64,000 nt of DNA. Origin: Raillietiella orientalis. Its lineage: Eukaryota. The position numbers and the translations under genes were made by a program. Where the stretch lies: positions 1-64,000 of the forward strand of contig JAYWIR010000008.1 of NCBI GenBank assembly GCA_036172245.1, written 5' to 3'. The notes below the pieces were generated by a model. That model did not search any database. It worked only from the letters and a program-made list of their open reading frames with translations, and was not told where the DNA came from. Shown piece after piece: positions 11,751 through 25,440 of the stretch (within the stretch, counting starts at the first letter, position 1; every line of letters starts with the position of its first letter).

Positions 11751-12130
11751 GGCTGGATTCGAAACCGATCCTACGGTTTACTTCCATGAAACGAGAAGTA
11801 CTTCGGAGTTGTTAGACTTTAAATGTAAAAAGGGAGGCATTCCATCCCCCTCCCCAAGCGAAGGGACCCAACATGACATTTTATAAAGCTGTGCACCCAC
11901 AGTGTGAAGAGGCGCGCTGCTCTTTTTAGGAGCGACCCTTCCGAAGAACATGGGAAGCGTCCTTTCGGGGTTCTTATCAGAAGGATCAACAAGGTACGGT
12001 TCCCTTCTGGACTCTTTTCGCAGTAGAAATTAGAGGTGACTCCATGCTGATGATCTCTCCGGAGAGAACGGGGAAGAGGTTTCCCTACCAAGAGTTAGGA
12101 CAGTTGAGTTCTTCCCCGTTAGACTTCCTG
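11751..12130 (+). repeat. Unnamed dispersed repeat family, copy 1
   Basis: gggaagcgtcctttcggggttcttatcagaaggatcaacaagg matches the cores at about 28695, 34020 (minus) and 36212. Confidence 0.65.
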
Positions 12131-14357
12131 AATTCACAGGTTGGTCCCCTGTTGGTTGCCCCCTATAACTTGAAGAGTTGCAAATTAATTGTATGCTTGA
12201 TTTTAAAAATACTATTTATATCAAATCTTTAAAGTGAATTAAAATATTCTTTGATTTATATTAAATCACAAATGTTTTTTATAGCAATCATTTATTATTA
12301 ATATATAATATATTACACTTTAATTGAAAATATTTATATTGTTTGACTGCATATAGTGAATATTAATAGAAATTGCTGAATTATATAACTTGTTAGTATT
12401 AGAAAATCTTAATTTTAAATTAATGCTAGTTAAAAGAAAGTTTCGGTGGGTTATAGTAACTGTTTTGTGTAAGGGGATGGTACTTGAGGCTGTAAGAATT
12501 AAGTGTCCTTTTAACGAGTGATAAGAAAATAAGAAAATGTGAGTGGAACATGGTATAAAGAAAATGTTCATAACTATGGATTTATTTAGTGAGTAAGTTT
12601 GCTAGTCCTATAATTTATCTGAGTATTGGAAGATGTGTTTAAGTAAGTAAATACTTTATTGTCTACAAGTTGAGTTGATATTATTTAGTGTCTATTAGGC
12701 TGCCTCGGGCGGAGAGGATGGCGTCGCCGAGCTTCGCGACCTCAACGAACGGAAGCGAACGATTTTTCAGCACTCGTTCAACGGGAAACCTCCTCCCAAA
12801 AAAGACAGAACTACAGGGGAAACGGCGAAACTCCCTCCGAGGATTAACAACGCAAACTCCTTTCCCGCCGTTGAAATTCCTGCGTTTTCCGGGAAAGGCG
12901 ATCGCGTCCGAACTGTGGAATCTCCCCGGGGTTCAATCCAGCAGATGGAACTGGCAAGGCAGGGAGTGTGTTTGGATGCTGAGTTGCTACGCTTGGATGG
13001 ACCAAACGAGAAGGCTCGTGAGGCAGCTCTTCGCAGCAACTCTACGATAGGGCTTTCCCCATCCTAGTTTCACTGATCGCTTGAGAAGCATGCATTTCTG
13101 GAAAGTGTGGAATTCCCGGGAAGCAGAGTCTCCGGAGAGAATTCTCAGGGGAAAACAACACGACCTGGTAAGGAGGAATGGGAGGAGTATGCGAAGACGG
13201 ACGTTTACCAAGTCAAATACCCGGGACGCACTCCACCAGCCGCAAGTGCGGCATCTTGATTGCTGCTGGAAGAGAACTTCCAAGCGTCGATTACAAAGCA
13301 CGGATGAGGAGTGCCGATGTGGGTCGGAGGATCACCACGCAACCAGGGCAGCACCACGGGCGATGGATGATGGATGTGACATGTGTAGTGAGAAATTCCG
13401 CCAGATTTTCCGCCAGGAGGGAAGTCCGGTACCGAGATCTTTCATTTAGGATTCCGGAGGTCTTCTCAGAGACAGCTGCACATCTTTAGATGCTACGTCA
13501 AAGGGCCCCTGCAGAGGCGCATGATTCACGCGACGCAGACTCTCTGAAAGGCTTGCTCCTCATGCATACATCGCGTAGACGAGCTCGCAGACTGTGTTCT
13601 TCAAGTGATTTCAACGATCTTTTATTATCTGAGCAGATGAATCTCAGCTACCAATCTCTTTGTTTTCTTGAGAATTCATTTTTCCTGTGCTGGCAACTCG
13701 AGCTAGTCGTGTGCAAATGTACGTCGTCATGCTCCGTTCCGTGAGAAAATGGCGTTTCCTTGCAATGTACTTCTTACTGGTATCTGCATTTTATTTTGTA
13801 TTCATTTCCATGTTGCCTTCGCAAAAATTCGCTTCAAGTCAGCGACGCTCTATCCAATCGCTTGGGTTGAATGAGGACTGTCGCAAGGAGGCGTACAGTT
13901 CCATTTTACCGATGAAGGGTCGTTGCGAAGGAAATGCTGCTCAGTACGAGGGGAGCTGCAGGTTCTGCCATTATCTACACGCTCTCGTTTGGTGGACCAC
14001 CATCCGCCATGTTATGCCGAACCGTCTCCAAGCCCATCGCAACTACTGAAATGTCGCTGCGGAGTTTTGCAGCCTTTGCGTTAGAGAAGAGTCTTTGTCG
14101 GCTTTGTCGCTTACGGGGTTCATCGTTCCAGTCTAAGGTCTCTAATTTCCTTGAAGTGGTCAAAGTCCTCGAATGGCAGAATGAGAGGTCGTTAGTAATT
14201 TGAAATCATACTCGCGACTTTCTCGTGAGCTGCCGGGATTTCAAGATGAGTTTCTCAGCCGCAGAGTTCCAAGATGCTTTCCTCGCGTTTATGGATCACA
14301 ATGGGAAAAACTTCCCCCCTGGCAACGTCTGCTGTGACTTCACCGTAGTCCGAGATG

Positions 14358-14380
14358 GAGAGAGAGAGAGAGAGAGAGAG
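14358..14380. repeat. (GA)n microsatellite; one unit shorter in copy B near 39637
   Basis: Read directly from the sequence. Confidence 0.9.
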
Positions 14381-15129
14381 AAAGAATCGCTTTTTCCGTG
14401 CGCGCTTGTTAAGCGGTCGTGGACAGCACTCGCCGTTTGGTTTGGATGAGACGACGGCAAGGGCGAAGAGACCGAAGGAAAAGAGTGCCGCCTGCTTTTT
14501 CAAACCAAGAGCTCTTCCACGGAGAAATGAGCGCTTTCTCTGGTTTCGTTTCGTATTCCCAGCCCACGGTGCCGTATGTATTCATTCAGTCGGGAGTGGG
14601 GAGGAACGACTACAAAAACAAAATGTAAAAATCCTGGGGAATAGGGCAAGGGTCTTTGGGTATGCTGAGTGGGCGCCGGGATGTATTCATATAATCCGGT
14701 TAAGGTCCGGAGCGAAAGGGAGAGAGAAATGAGAAAAAACAACAAGTGAAGGGAAGCAAGGGAAAAGGTCCACCGATATCCGCCGTTCCTTCCCTTCAGA
14801 ACCGGTGCCGGATGTCCGTGATCTCCCTCTTGGAGGGGAGGTCACCTTTAAGCCATCCTACTGTCGACGACTTCCATTCCGGTGACCTCCCCTCGCGGTG
14901 TCGCCCTCTCCATGACGTGACGACGAAAGTCGTCGAAGGTGCTCCCGCCGCGAAGAACCGTCGCAGCAGATCGCGAGCAGGGTGTCCTCCTGTTGCAGTC
15001 GCGCTGATCCGAACCTAGAACTTTCGGAGGGTACAGGAGTTCAAAGGCAGGTGCGGCCGTGGACACCACCGACCTACACCAAGAGTACCGTTCTAGCATG
15101 CAATCTCTGCGGAAATGGGGGTGCGTGCT

Positions 15130-15320
15130 CCGGTTGCACTGGAATCCGCAGTGCAGGAAAAGCAGCACAGACTCCTTGCAGGAGATCAGGAACGCAGGGA
15201 CGTCCATGCATCGGGAAGGGACCACAGGATCCTCGGGGAGCAATGCTCGGAAGTGGACTCCACCGAAGGTTTCACGTGGCCAGCGTAAGCAGATTGGCAG
15301 CATCCACCGGCTCGTGGATT
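15130..15320 (-). mobile_element. Small antisense ORF2 C-terminal fragment inside the duplication
   Basis: ISCKESVLLFLHCGFQCN resembles LKCQESALLLQHWELPCN of element 1. Confidence 0.6.
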
Positions 15321-15835
15321 TCCCAGGTTACGCAACGTTAACGTCAGACTACATATCTTTATGAAGCGTAATCTGTCGAATAGTCTCGCGCGGTTAGCAG
15401 CCCACATTCCTCTTCCTCCAGGGCTCCGCCCTCGGTCCATGATGGTCGCTCCTCAGGAGGAAGAGCCTATGGCACGAGAATTCCGCCGACCGCAACTTCG
15501 TTTTCGTTCTTGCCAAGCTGTGGGATCGCACGCGCGTGACGGTGCCCGGGGGCACTTTGGAGCGACTGGGCTCGCTCGCCGCCGTTTGTGCCCAGCGCGA
15601 ATCGCACGGAGGACCGCCACAGGGGCAGAACGGAGTTCCGTTCCCGTTTGCGGAGAGCTCGCGGCGCCCAATTGCAAGAGAAGCAACTCTGACAGGTTTC
15701 TTCCAGACACTATGCTCGGCCTACGAGGACCAAATGCATGACCTGAAGCGACCGGTTCCCGTTGAGAGGAGCACGATTCCTGTAACCACTCCTGAAAACG
15801 TTTCCTTATCCGACCGATTCATCATTCAAACCCTG

Positions 15836-17861
15836 ACGGGAGGCTGCACCCTGAATGCAGCCGTTGGGCAGAATTTCAACACTGCTGTTCTAAGCACTCC
15901 CAATTTCCCAGCCAACTTTCCTGCCAACACACTGTGCGTTCTGGAGCTTCAGGTAAGAGCGTCCTCCCCAACTGAAGACCTGCTGACCTCCTGCCTGAAC
16001 TCAGCCTCAGAACCCATGGGTGTCTCCGGAGAATGTCTTTGGTGTCTTCGCAGCCACTTTCCAGCTCGGAGCGGGTGGCCTGCTCACCCTTGAGGACACT
16101 CTGCGTGTGAGAGAGTGAGGTTCCCCCTACCGCTCTTTCTTTCTTTGGATAGTTAGGGGATTCCGTTGCAAACTAGCAGTTCAAAAGAATCGCTTCCGTA
16201 CGGAAGCCGGAAAACGGGTTTCCCTCTCTTCCAGAGTTCGAGTGAGAGGGGATCTTCCGGGGTTCCCGAACATCGCGCTCTATCTGCCTGCGAGAATCAC
16301 TTTCCAAGGGGTTGTGGCTGCTCAAGGTTTCCAGCTCACCTTGAGCACTGTGAGCAACGCTTACCAAGTCACGTCTGTCTGGAGAACCCATCAGACCACC
16401 ATCAGCGCAAGCATGGTGCAAAGTCTCTCCGGTTCCACAGCAGTTTCTCTCTCTACTGGTCAGGGTACGTTTCCTCAAGAGCGCGTCCCCTCTGGCGCGG
16501 TTGCTTTGGAAACGCGCGTTTCGGGTGAGCGCTGAACAAAACTCCTCGCTGATTTGCTTGGGCAACGTGGGTCAAAACCAAAGACAAAAAACTTCCTCTC
16601 GAGAGCTGCGATCTGCAACTGCAAGCGGTGCCCATCGAAATCCCGAACGCCGAAATCTCCAAAATCGAAGCTTGAAAAGATCATGAAAAATAAACGCAGG
16701 TGCCTATCACATACGTTAACATGTGAATTTCTATACATGTAAATATGTAGAAAAATATATATCAGTAAGATCGTCAGTATACATCATCAAGATTTGCATT
16801 TGTTTATTTGAGCTCGACAGCATATATTGCTCTATCTATTTATCGCTATGTGGATTCACATGTTACCTTATCCAATAAACGCATGTGTTTATTTTTCATA
16901 TCCTTTGCAACATGATATTGGAGATTATATTATATCGTATCTTATTTTATATTAATACGTGTAGATTAGTGTGAAAATTTTTTGTGAAAACACATGTGCT
17001 TATGTTTCATAATCCTTCTTACATATGTTAACAATACATTAATGCAAATTATCATTCATTCTATCGAAACTATGCATGCTGACCAGAATGTGCGCTAAAG
17101 AGATTTTGAATTTGCATGTATACATCAATGCATCCATTAATATACATGAAAAGCACACATTATTCTTTATAGTCTTTGCAGCATACGTTAATCTGTATAT
17201 TAATCTGTATATGAGTGTATGCAAATTGCTACATACAAGAAACACGTGTCATCATTTTCGAGCTCCTGCGGGGTTTCGATCGTTGGAGATTTCGCTGTTT
17301 GGGATTTCGACCCGAATCCGTTTGAGGACCCTGCGTGTCCGTGGTATGGGGTGCTCACCCTGCAAAATGTCCGAGCTGAAAACGACCCACGAGCTTCGTG
17401 GGGTCGACGGTGCACGGAGTGTCGGCACTCGTGGGAACCACGGATCCGAAAAGACGACGCGGTTGGACCACGGTTCCCAGTGCTAGCCACGTCCACGCGC
17501 GAGCAGATCGCGGTTGTGCGCATGCGCGAGCACGTTTGGTCGGCACGGGGTGCCGGTCCGGGCGATCGAATCAGATTCCCTGCTGCATCTTGTCTTTCTG
17601 CAGCCGCGGACCAACTCCTGCTCCAGAGTCCACGCCACCGTGACCAGTTTGAATCTTCTTGCCGGAGAAATGCTTTCAGTTGGGAAAAATGGACAGAATC
17701 TTCCACCCACGGACATTTTCACTATAGTGGGCCCGTCCACTTCGAGCTTCAGCGTGTCATCAAACTCGAATCGAGCCCTCGACTTTTTCTACTACACCGA
17801 TAGTAATGCACGAGGAGTGTCTGGAGGATTCACTGTGTTGCATTACTGTTCCATCTACTGA
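15836..17861 (+). CDS. Spliced gene or pseudogene with two divergent CUB-like domains, copy A (5' end unresolved)
   Basis: GGC..VLSTPNFPANFPANTLCVLELQ|GTAAG (donor after 15952); ..FQGVVAAQGFQL..; terminal exon 17604-17861 after ttgtctttctgcag reads PRTNSCSRVHATVTSLNL..SNSNRALDFFYYTDS..GFTVLHY*, which fits the CUB pattern. Confidence 0.55.
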
Positions 17862-20800
17862 AGCTCGCAATGCTGAGCTCTCGCTTTCAGAGCTGGGAAC
17901 CACAGTTAGGAATTTGTTGGTGTTGCGTCTTCGGTGCCCATAAATATTGGGCAGGTGCATTATTTGTGGGTCCTAAATTTTTCTCGGGGTATAAGTAGAA
18001 GGAAAGAAAGTTTCAACCTATTCGAAGCCACCTCTGCACCCTTGGAGCAGTTGGCATTGTTTTCGATCCTCCGATTGCTGTGAGAAAGAGTCCAGCATCC
18101 GTGGAATACCACTGCTCGACTTTCCAGTCCTCCTCGCGACGATTAAAGGGGAAGGCAACCATCCAAACCACTATGTTTTCTACAAAATGACCAATCGTCT
18201 ACTTTTGCTTAGATCGCTTGCAGTGGCCTCTGGCTCCATCGCGTTGCGCTGCTCACGAATGAGCGCCCTACTAGGATACTCTGACTGTCGGCTTCGTGTG
18301 GTCATTCCAGATTGACTCACGCTCCTCAACGGTGTCGATCCACTCAGCTTTCTCCCTTAAAATCCTTCCAGGGTGATGTTCCATAAATTGTTGATTGGCC
18401 TCCGGGAATCGTTTCCTCTGTCCATTCCTGAGAGGAGGCACTTGTAAAGCAACGCTGCGCTGTCCTTACCCTTTATCTACCTCCACCAGAGCTGCATTCA
18501 GTTGCCATTTCTCGAAGGATCGATCTCGAAGGACACTCTATCCTGGAGCCTACGAAATGCCACTGGCGCAAGAGTGCAGTTGTGAACATTCTGGAAGTCT
18601 TCAGCGAATCCAGGGGATGGTGCAAACTCTGATCTCTTCTTTGGGAGTACTTGCACTATTCGAAGGCAATTACCGTGGTTAAACGGACTTTTGAGACAGA
18701 GGCGTCCCCGAAGATCACACGTGTTGAGTCCGCATGGGGTGCTCACGCTCGAGGAAGAAAACCAACTCCAGCGTGTGTGCGGCTCAACATCGAGTGACAT
18801 CCCTTCTCATAAAAGAGGCCCAAAGGGGAAAAGCTGTCGAAGTTTGGAGGAAAAATTAGAGTTTCGAGTGAACATTTTCTCAGTTGACCAGGATGAGGAG
18901 GACTGTTGGGGAGATCCTACATGAACACCTGTGAATGCAGACTGAAACGGTCAGTTTGAATATGCCCAAAGGACGTGAATACGGAATCTTCTAAATCTGC
19001 GTGAGAGATTCATGTGGGAGTGAACCTGAAGCATGTGTTCGGAAGTAACAGCGCCTCAGTTCGGAGATGTGTCCCTATTAATGTCGTTTCCCAGCCACGA
19101 AGACGCCTTTTTTTTGCTGGGGTGGTAAGAGGCAGTGAAGGTTGGCACATTTGGTAGCCATCATTTTTGCTTACAGGAAAAGGGAACGGTAGGAGGAGGC
19201 AGGATTTCCTGCTGTAAGTTGCTCCTGAAGAGACCACATCGAATTCACTCCTCGTTAGCAATTTTGAAAATAGGAAAAGGAGTTAGCAAACAGCAACATG
19301 CCTCTAGAGAGAAGGAATGGGAAATAGGGAAGTGCGCAGAGAACTCGAATCTTTAATCAATCTGAATGAAGCGTTTGTCCTGCCGAACATTCTTTGATGA
19401 AACGATGATGAAGGCTGAAGATAGCAATCTCGATTCGCTCCTTCAGTCACTATAGAAACCCCGAACGGCCGAAATCTCGAATGTCGAAATCTCGGATGAT
19501 CACAAAAAATAAGCATTACGTGTATTCTATGGTTCGCTGTGTGTAATTAAGATTACGAAAACAATGTGAATGCTCCTATATTTATGTACAGTAGAAGCTA
19601 TGGATTCATTTAAACATGCATTTCATTATTATTTATTTATATGGTTTATTAGTTGTTCATATAGATCATTAGTTCATAACATAGGTGATAGAAAATAAGC
19701 AGATTTGCTTATTTTTTCATACACAGTCAACAGAAATTTAATGGAGGATACAGGAAAAGTGCCTTCCACCCACTCCCACTCTTATTTTGTCAGAGTCCAC
19801 CGTCCTCTTTTACTATACTTCCAGATGAGAAATGGATGCATCCGATGAGAACCCTCAACCGCTCTTGCATCACCGACTCCGTCTTTCAACATCCGAAGCT
19901 CTCTTTACAGCTCAAGTGGTGCCAGAAATCCCCGTGCCAGATATGGAGTGTAGCCAACAGACATCTGAAATCCACGTGGATAGTTCGTAGCTCTTTTTCC
20001 TGCAATGTCGAAAAGCACCCATAGCCGATTGGCCAACCATTCAATGACTACTTGATGACTGCTGCTCCGATTTCACATCACGGCATTCGGTTTTCTTGCC
20101 GCAATACAGCGCTTTGTCTTTGGAAATTCGTTACTGATGATGAATTCAAAAGGCGAGTTAAAGGATCGGAAAGTACCAATATCATTATATTGGTACTTTG
20201 AGGATGCTCAAAGAGAAGGAGAAGGCGAACAGTATAGTTTTTGTAGTACTTTTTCGGCGTGTACAGTCACAGTCACACTTAATGTGCGCTCCGCGTTCTT
20301 CACAGTGGGATTCGGATGAAGTCTTTTGGGAAACCCACGTTTGCTGCCATCCCTGCTGCACAACCAGAACTGACAACAACAAGATGAACGATGATGATTT
20401 CATACAAAGTGAAGTTCCTCAGCATCACGGATGGGATGTTTGAACTGATGGGCGATGCGGTCTTTACCAACAGCACGCATGCACTTTGAAATCCACAGGA
20501 GTGAAGAAAATGTATTTTTTCTAAGAAGCATCCCACGTCGTGAGCAAATTACTAATTCCCGTCAAGCCGTTGTGGTGGATGCAAGCAGACTGAATTTTTC
20601 GAGGTGTTCGCGGTCCTTCGCACATCCTCAAACTCCAAGGATTCTATGCAACGCTCTGTGAGAACCCATTTCCAATGGCATCTCTTCGTTTGTGCATCCA
20701 GGGAATTTCAAATTCCTTATGCATTCTGGGAAAAGAGCTTTGGAATCGTAGGGAGGTTGTTTCCGATTGCAGGATGCTATTTGGAAATTTTCCTCCTCCT

Positions 20801-22849
20801 GCCTTCACAAATAAACTGACGAGTTATGCACGTTGCTATGTACGTCCAATGAAAGATTAGTGACGTCAATCGGCATCAGTCAGGTACAAAGGTTTCTGAT
20901 TGAGTACCACGTTTCAATGCAATCGTTTTTTGCTGCTATTAGGAATACAGTTACACTCTTTGGATGTTAATTCTTTGCCCGGAACAATATTCCATGTAGT
21001 AAACATCCATGTAGCATGATAAAGTAGATGGTGAAGGAAGGAAGGTGGACTGAATGCGCAGTACGCTCACGATTTGAAATTCAGATACGAAAATGCATCT
21101 TCAAAGATACGTCACGCCTCCACCTGCAGCCCATGGTTACGTAGCACCTATCGACATATTGGATACCTACTAACTGCCGTCGTGAAGTCCCTCAAACTCT
21201 TCCTTGCGAAATGTGACATGCCAGAAAAAAAAAAAAACTTATCGCACTTTAAGAAGAGGATGCCGATCATGGGAAACGCGCAGATTGAACCGTATACTAT
21301 GTACAGCCATCGAGCTGTCCGCAGCGTATACTCCGCGATAGAAGCTACATCTTCGTGGCCGATAACAGGGTGGTCTGGATTCTGGCAGACATACCAAGCT
21401 TTTTCATGCAGTCGAAAACAGCATACGTTTGAACACAAAAACAAAACAAAACAGAAGGAGACCAACGTTTTCAACAACCAGCTGCACGCTAATCTATTTT
21501 TGTATTGTGCATGCATACAGAAGATGCACAAGATTCTGTGTTTGCGTACAACGAGGTTGCCAGCTTGTCTGATCAATAGAAGCCTTTCCCCGGTCTGCTT
21601 CCCAGAATTCCAGTTTTGCTGTCACCAATTGGCTTTTGGGCTGGTCAGCGTTAGTCTCTTCTCATGGGGGTCACTGCAACCAGCAAATGCTGTCTTAGAT
21701 AAAGGCTACTGCCGCAATCCTCTTGTAGCGTGCGGACGTCAATGCCTTTCATTTTCCCTTTTGTAGAACCACTTTCTTTCCCTCTCGTACACTCCGGATC
21801 TGGATGTGTTCTGTTTCCTGGTTTCAGTCGTCCCAGCAGTCATTGGTTTTTGGATGCAACTCTCGTTGTACGGAACAGCTTTGATTGCGCCTAAATTTAA
21901 CAGTGAGTTTCTTTCATTTGCGTTCTTCTGGTCCCTTAGGTGGCTGCAAGTCTGCCAGAATGGGAAAAACCGTGCAAAAGCATACACGATCCGTATGTTG
22001 TAGCAAACTTTCTGTTTTCGGCACGCAACACATGAAGTATCTGGAAATGGTCTCATATGGGAAGGACTGAGGGTCTGATCTAAAGACAGATGAAACCGCG
22101 CTGTCCTTCCTACAGAGAATTAATCAAAAACCATTTTATTTACTGTCCTTTTGAGGTTAGCTCAATGAATGGATTTCACCTTAGGATGATTCATTCACCT
22201 GCACGTAGTAAAAGATGCTCAAATGGCTTGCTGATCAAATTTTTCACAGTCAGCTGAGAGGTAAGGAAGAGCAGAGTCAGTGTTGGTCATGAGAAGCATC
22301 GATCTGTTGTACTTGTCTCTCATCGTTGGTCATCTTTACTTAAGCTATGAAGATTCCTCCCGCGGCTCCTCTTGCAAGTAGTTTGCTTCTTCGTCTCCAT
22401 GTCTCAGGCACACAAATAGCAGATGTCTGTATGTAATCGCACAAGGAGGCTGCCAGTGCAAGCACCTAGTGGAAGATGCCTGCCAAATAAGCTTTCAATC
22501 CTTTCAGTTTTCCACCCTTTGAGAGCCACAGTCACTGCAACTGATTTATGTTCGTCAAACAAGAAATGAAGGCACATTCTTGTAGATGATGCTGAATGCT
22601 GCTTTTCCTACTAACAGGAAGACTTCTTGAACGCAAGTATCTCCATGTTGGTGCACAACTGAAAATAAACCACTGTAGGAGTAGATCATAGGTTTTTAGA
22701 TTAAAAGACGTGAAAACAACACGGACCGAATCCATGGTGGAAACAGTTCTATTTCTCTATTGAAGGAGACGCGGCTTTCGAAGTAACGAAGTCATCTCTT
22801 AATTTCTGCAAGAAAGTGTTCTTACCGGCTACACCTGCCCCATGCCAAA

Positions 22850-23726
22850 TGCACAGTAACATCCGTCCTAGCATCTCCTGTTTCTCCACCGGGGTCTCCA
22901 GTGCAACTAGCGTAGGAACCCTGTTTCCGGGGGAGTTTGCACCCCCAAACTGTCTAAGGCGAGGAGAAAATTGAAATCGTTCCCATGGTTGCTGTTGGAC
23001 TTGGACGGTGGCCTCTACGAAGTTTGTCGAAGACCAGCTCCGACACTCCTGCATCCCGAGGACACCGCCAAAGGCTTGCTGAGACGATTCTCCGCGAGAC
23101 GCAGGGTCGCGACATTCGCCGTGATCGCGAGGGAATCCGGAGAATGCGGGCGCTTTCGTTGTTGCATTGGGGTCTACTTTGCAATGAACGCCGCCACCAC
23201 TGGACACGGAGTAGAGTGAATCCAGCCAGCATCAGGTGTGGGGAGCGGGAACAGCTCCCCATCTCACTGTTGATTGTGCTGCCCTCCGACCCCCCTGAGA
23301 TCGCTTGGTACCTCCGTACGTATCCAGGTGGGTAGCCAGCCCAGAGACGTTTTCAGCTTCTGTTCGTGCAAGATGCCCTGAGATCAGCCGCAACCATGGC
23401 AGCAGCACTCTGCGGTAACCGAGCGATTGTGACGTGCTGGAACGAAGTATGAAGAACGAAACACAAGAGGGATGCCGTCGAACTTGCAGTCCTCTACCTG
23501 CATCTTGCGACGGAAGGCCCCACCTGGGAAGTATACGGATGGAACTCGAGGGCATCCTGGAAAGGATGGAACCTCTTCCTAGTGGACAGTGATCCCTTTC
23601 CCACCCTCCCAAATCACTTTTATTTTTTTCTCTCTTTTATTTTCTTTTTGTTTTTCCCCATCCCCTCTCTCTGGCGAGGTGAGACGCGCCGCCATGCGTA
23701 CCGGCGACCCGGCAGGTCTTGTTGTA
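22850..23726 (+). mobile_element. Degenerate ORF2 Zn-finger fragments and 3'UTR A, cut off before the terminus
   Basis: RHHWTRSRVNPASIRCGER; internal UTR hairpin at 23695-23719. Confidence 0.75.
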
Positions 23727-25340
23727 TTTCACTCGGGTGCGCCGGCGCGTTTGTTTCCAGACTACCCAGGAACAGAGTTCCCGGACAAAGGACACAGAAG
23801 AAACGAAGAAGGGCATCACCGACACGCAGGTCAGTAAACCAAAAGTCAGGAATGGGAGGGAAGAGACCAAAAATACACATATAAAAAATAGAAATAAAGA
23901 TATGGGAAGGGGAGGGGACAGGGGTCTTTGGTTTGGCCGTTCCTTTCTTTCGGAACCGCTATGCATGCCGGTGATCTCGCTCCTAACCCCTCTGGAAGAT
24001 GGACGCACTCGGCAGCGGATGACATGTTCACGCCGGCTATTCTGATGGCCTAACGACGAATCGCCAGGTTCTCCAGCTCTTAGAGGGCCTTGTCGATGGC
24101 GCGGGAGCAACAGACCGTTGCGATGACAGCACCTAAGGACAAGCCGCCTGGCGTGGAGAAGCCGCGCATCAAGTATCTTGCGGGGTCCCCCTGGTGCAGG
24201 AGAGCTGAGGCCAGTCTCCGCCACAGTCCTTGGAGGACACCGCAGTCCCAGAGCAGGTGCGGGAGCGTTTCCACGTCTCCGCAAAGTTCACAGTTCGGGG
24301 AGACAACTCCCCCGGAAACACGGTTCGTCCGCTGGTTGGAGTGAAAACCCCAATGCACCAGCATGATGACGTCCTCCTTCCACGAAAGAGGGAACACAGA
24401 AGTGTTGGAACAGAAAGGAGGGACCACAAGTTCTTCGGAGAGCATACTGAAATGTTCGCTCCACCAAAGAAGTCCCTTCGTGATGTTGAGAGGCGTGGCG
24501 GCGTCTGCCAGCTCGGAAGTCCTTCAGCTGCCTGTGGGTCGGGATGCTCAAGTGATGGTGCAGGCGACTTCCCACTTCGCCAATAAGCAGCTGTCGTCAC
24601 TTGCCCTGAGGGCTGACAGCGCGTCGGCGAGGGGCGTGACGGGCAGGCGAGTCTACTTCTCCTGGCTGTTCCAGACCTCATCCACAGTGCAGCAAGGGGA
24701 GAGGTTAGCGCAACGGAGTTCCAAGAGCGAAACATCCAGTTAGTTTGGCCAAGCATGCTACGATTCCTGCAGCCAGGCGTCAAAGTTCGTTGGACGGCAG
24801 GAGATCATTGCTTGGACCACCAGGAGCCTGTACAGGGCTTTCATGGTGAAACCGAAGCTTTTCTTGGCGCGCTCCGTATGTGGCTGGAGCGACAGAAGGC
24901 TATCGCTGCCAACGCAGCGCCGCAGGAGCAGGCGCGCCGGAGCACACCATGGAGTACAACAAAAGTTGGGGCACAGAAGCTGCACCTGAAGCTCAATGCT
25001 CCCCAGAGTCAGGATGCCCAAGCCTGGATCCCGACATGGAGCCGCCAAGTCTTTGAGGCGGATCCTGGACCGGGGGCGGAGAAACAAAAGGCAGGGGGCG
25101 TAAGAGGGGGGCAACCAAGGTGTTCCACACGGTGGCTCGCTCGAGTAGGAGGAACCTGCCAAGAGGGAACGGGCTTAAAGCACTCGTAGCCTGCCAAAGG
25201 CAGTCTGACCACGATTCCACTGGGATAATGTTTCCCAGCGGGATGCCTAAGTACTTGAAAGACGAAGCGGTCGGGATCACCAGGCGGATCCAGTCGAACT
25301 GCTCTTCCCATGTGAAAGTGGGGATGTCCCCAAGTCATTT
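23727..25340 (-). mobile_element. 5'-truncated element (RT C-terminal part, Zn finger, UTR B, terminus at 23727-23756)
   Basis: FKYLGIPLG, WNTLVAP, CELCGDVETLPHLLWDC. Confidence 0.85.
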
Positions 25341-25440
25341 CGGTCAGCTAGAGTACGTCTCCTCCCCAAGGGAGGAGACTTGCGGAACGTTGGCAACTGG
25401 CGTCCCATCACGGTAGAGAGTGAGGACGCGAAGTTGCTGG

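Larger units (their letters stand above)
13105..18829 (+). repeat. ~5.7 kb direct segmental duplication, copy A
   Basis: Colinear and near-identical to 38376-44076; the ORF lists are duplicated with an offset of about 25.27 kb. Confidence 0.97.

Noticed and set aside
12930..13030. C-type lectin-like snippet LDAELLRLDGPNE
   Set aside because: Too short, and it needs a frameshift; not supportable.
21148..21576. 142-aa minus ORF with a hydrophobic end as a viral glycoprotein
   Set aside because: No recognisable motifs; the hydrophobicity comes partly from T-rich sequence.
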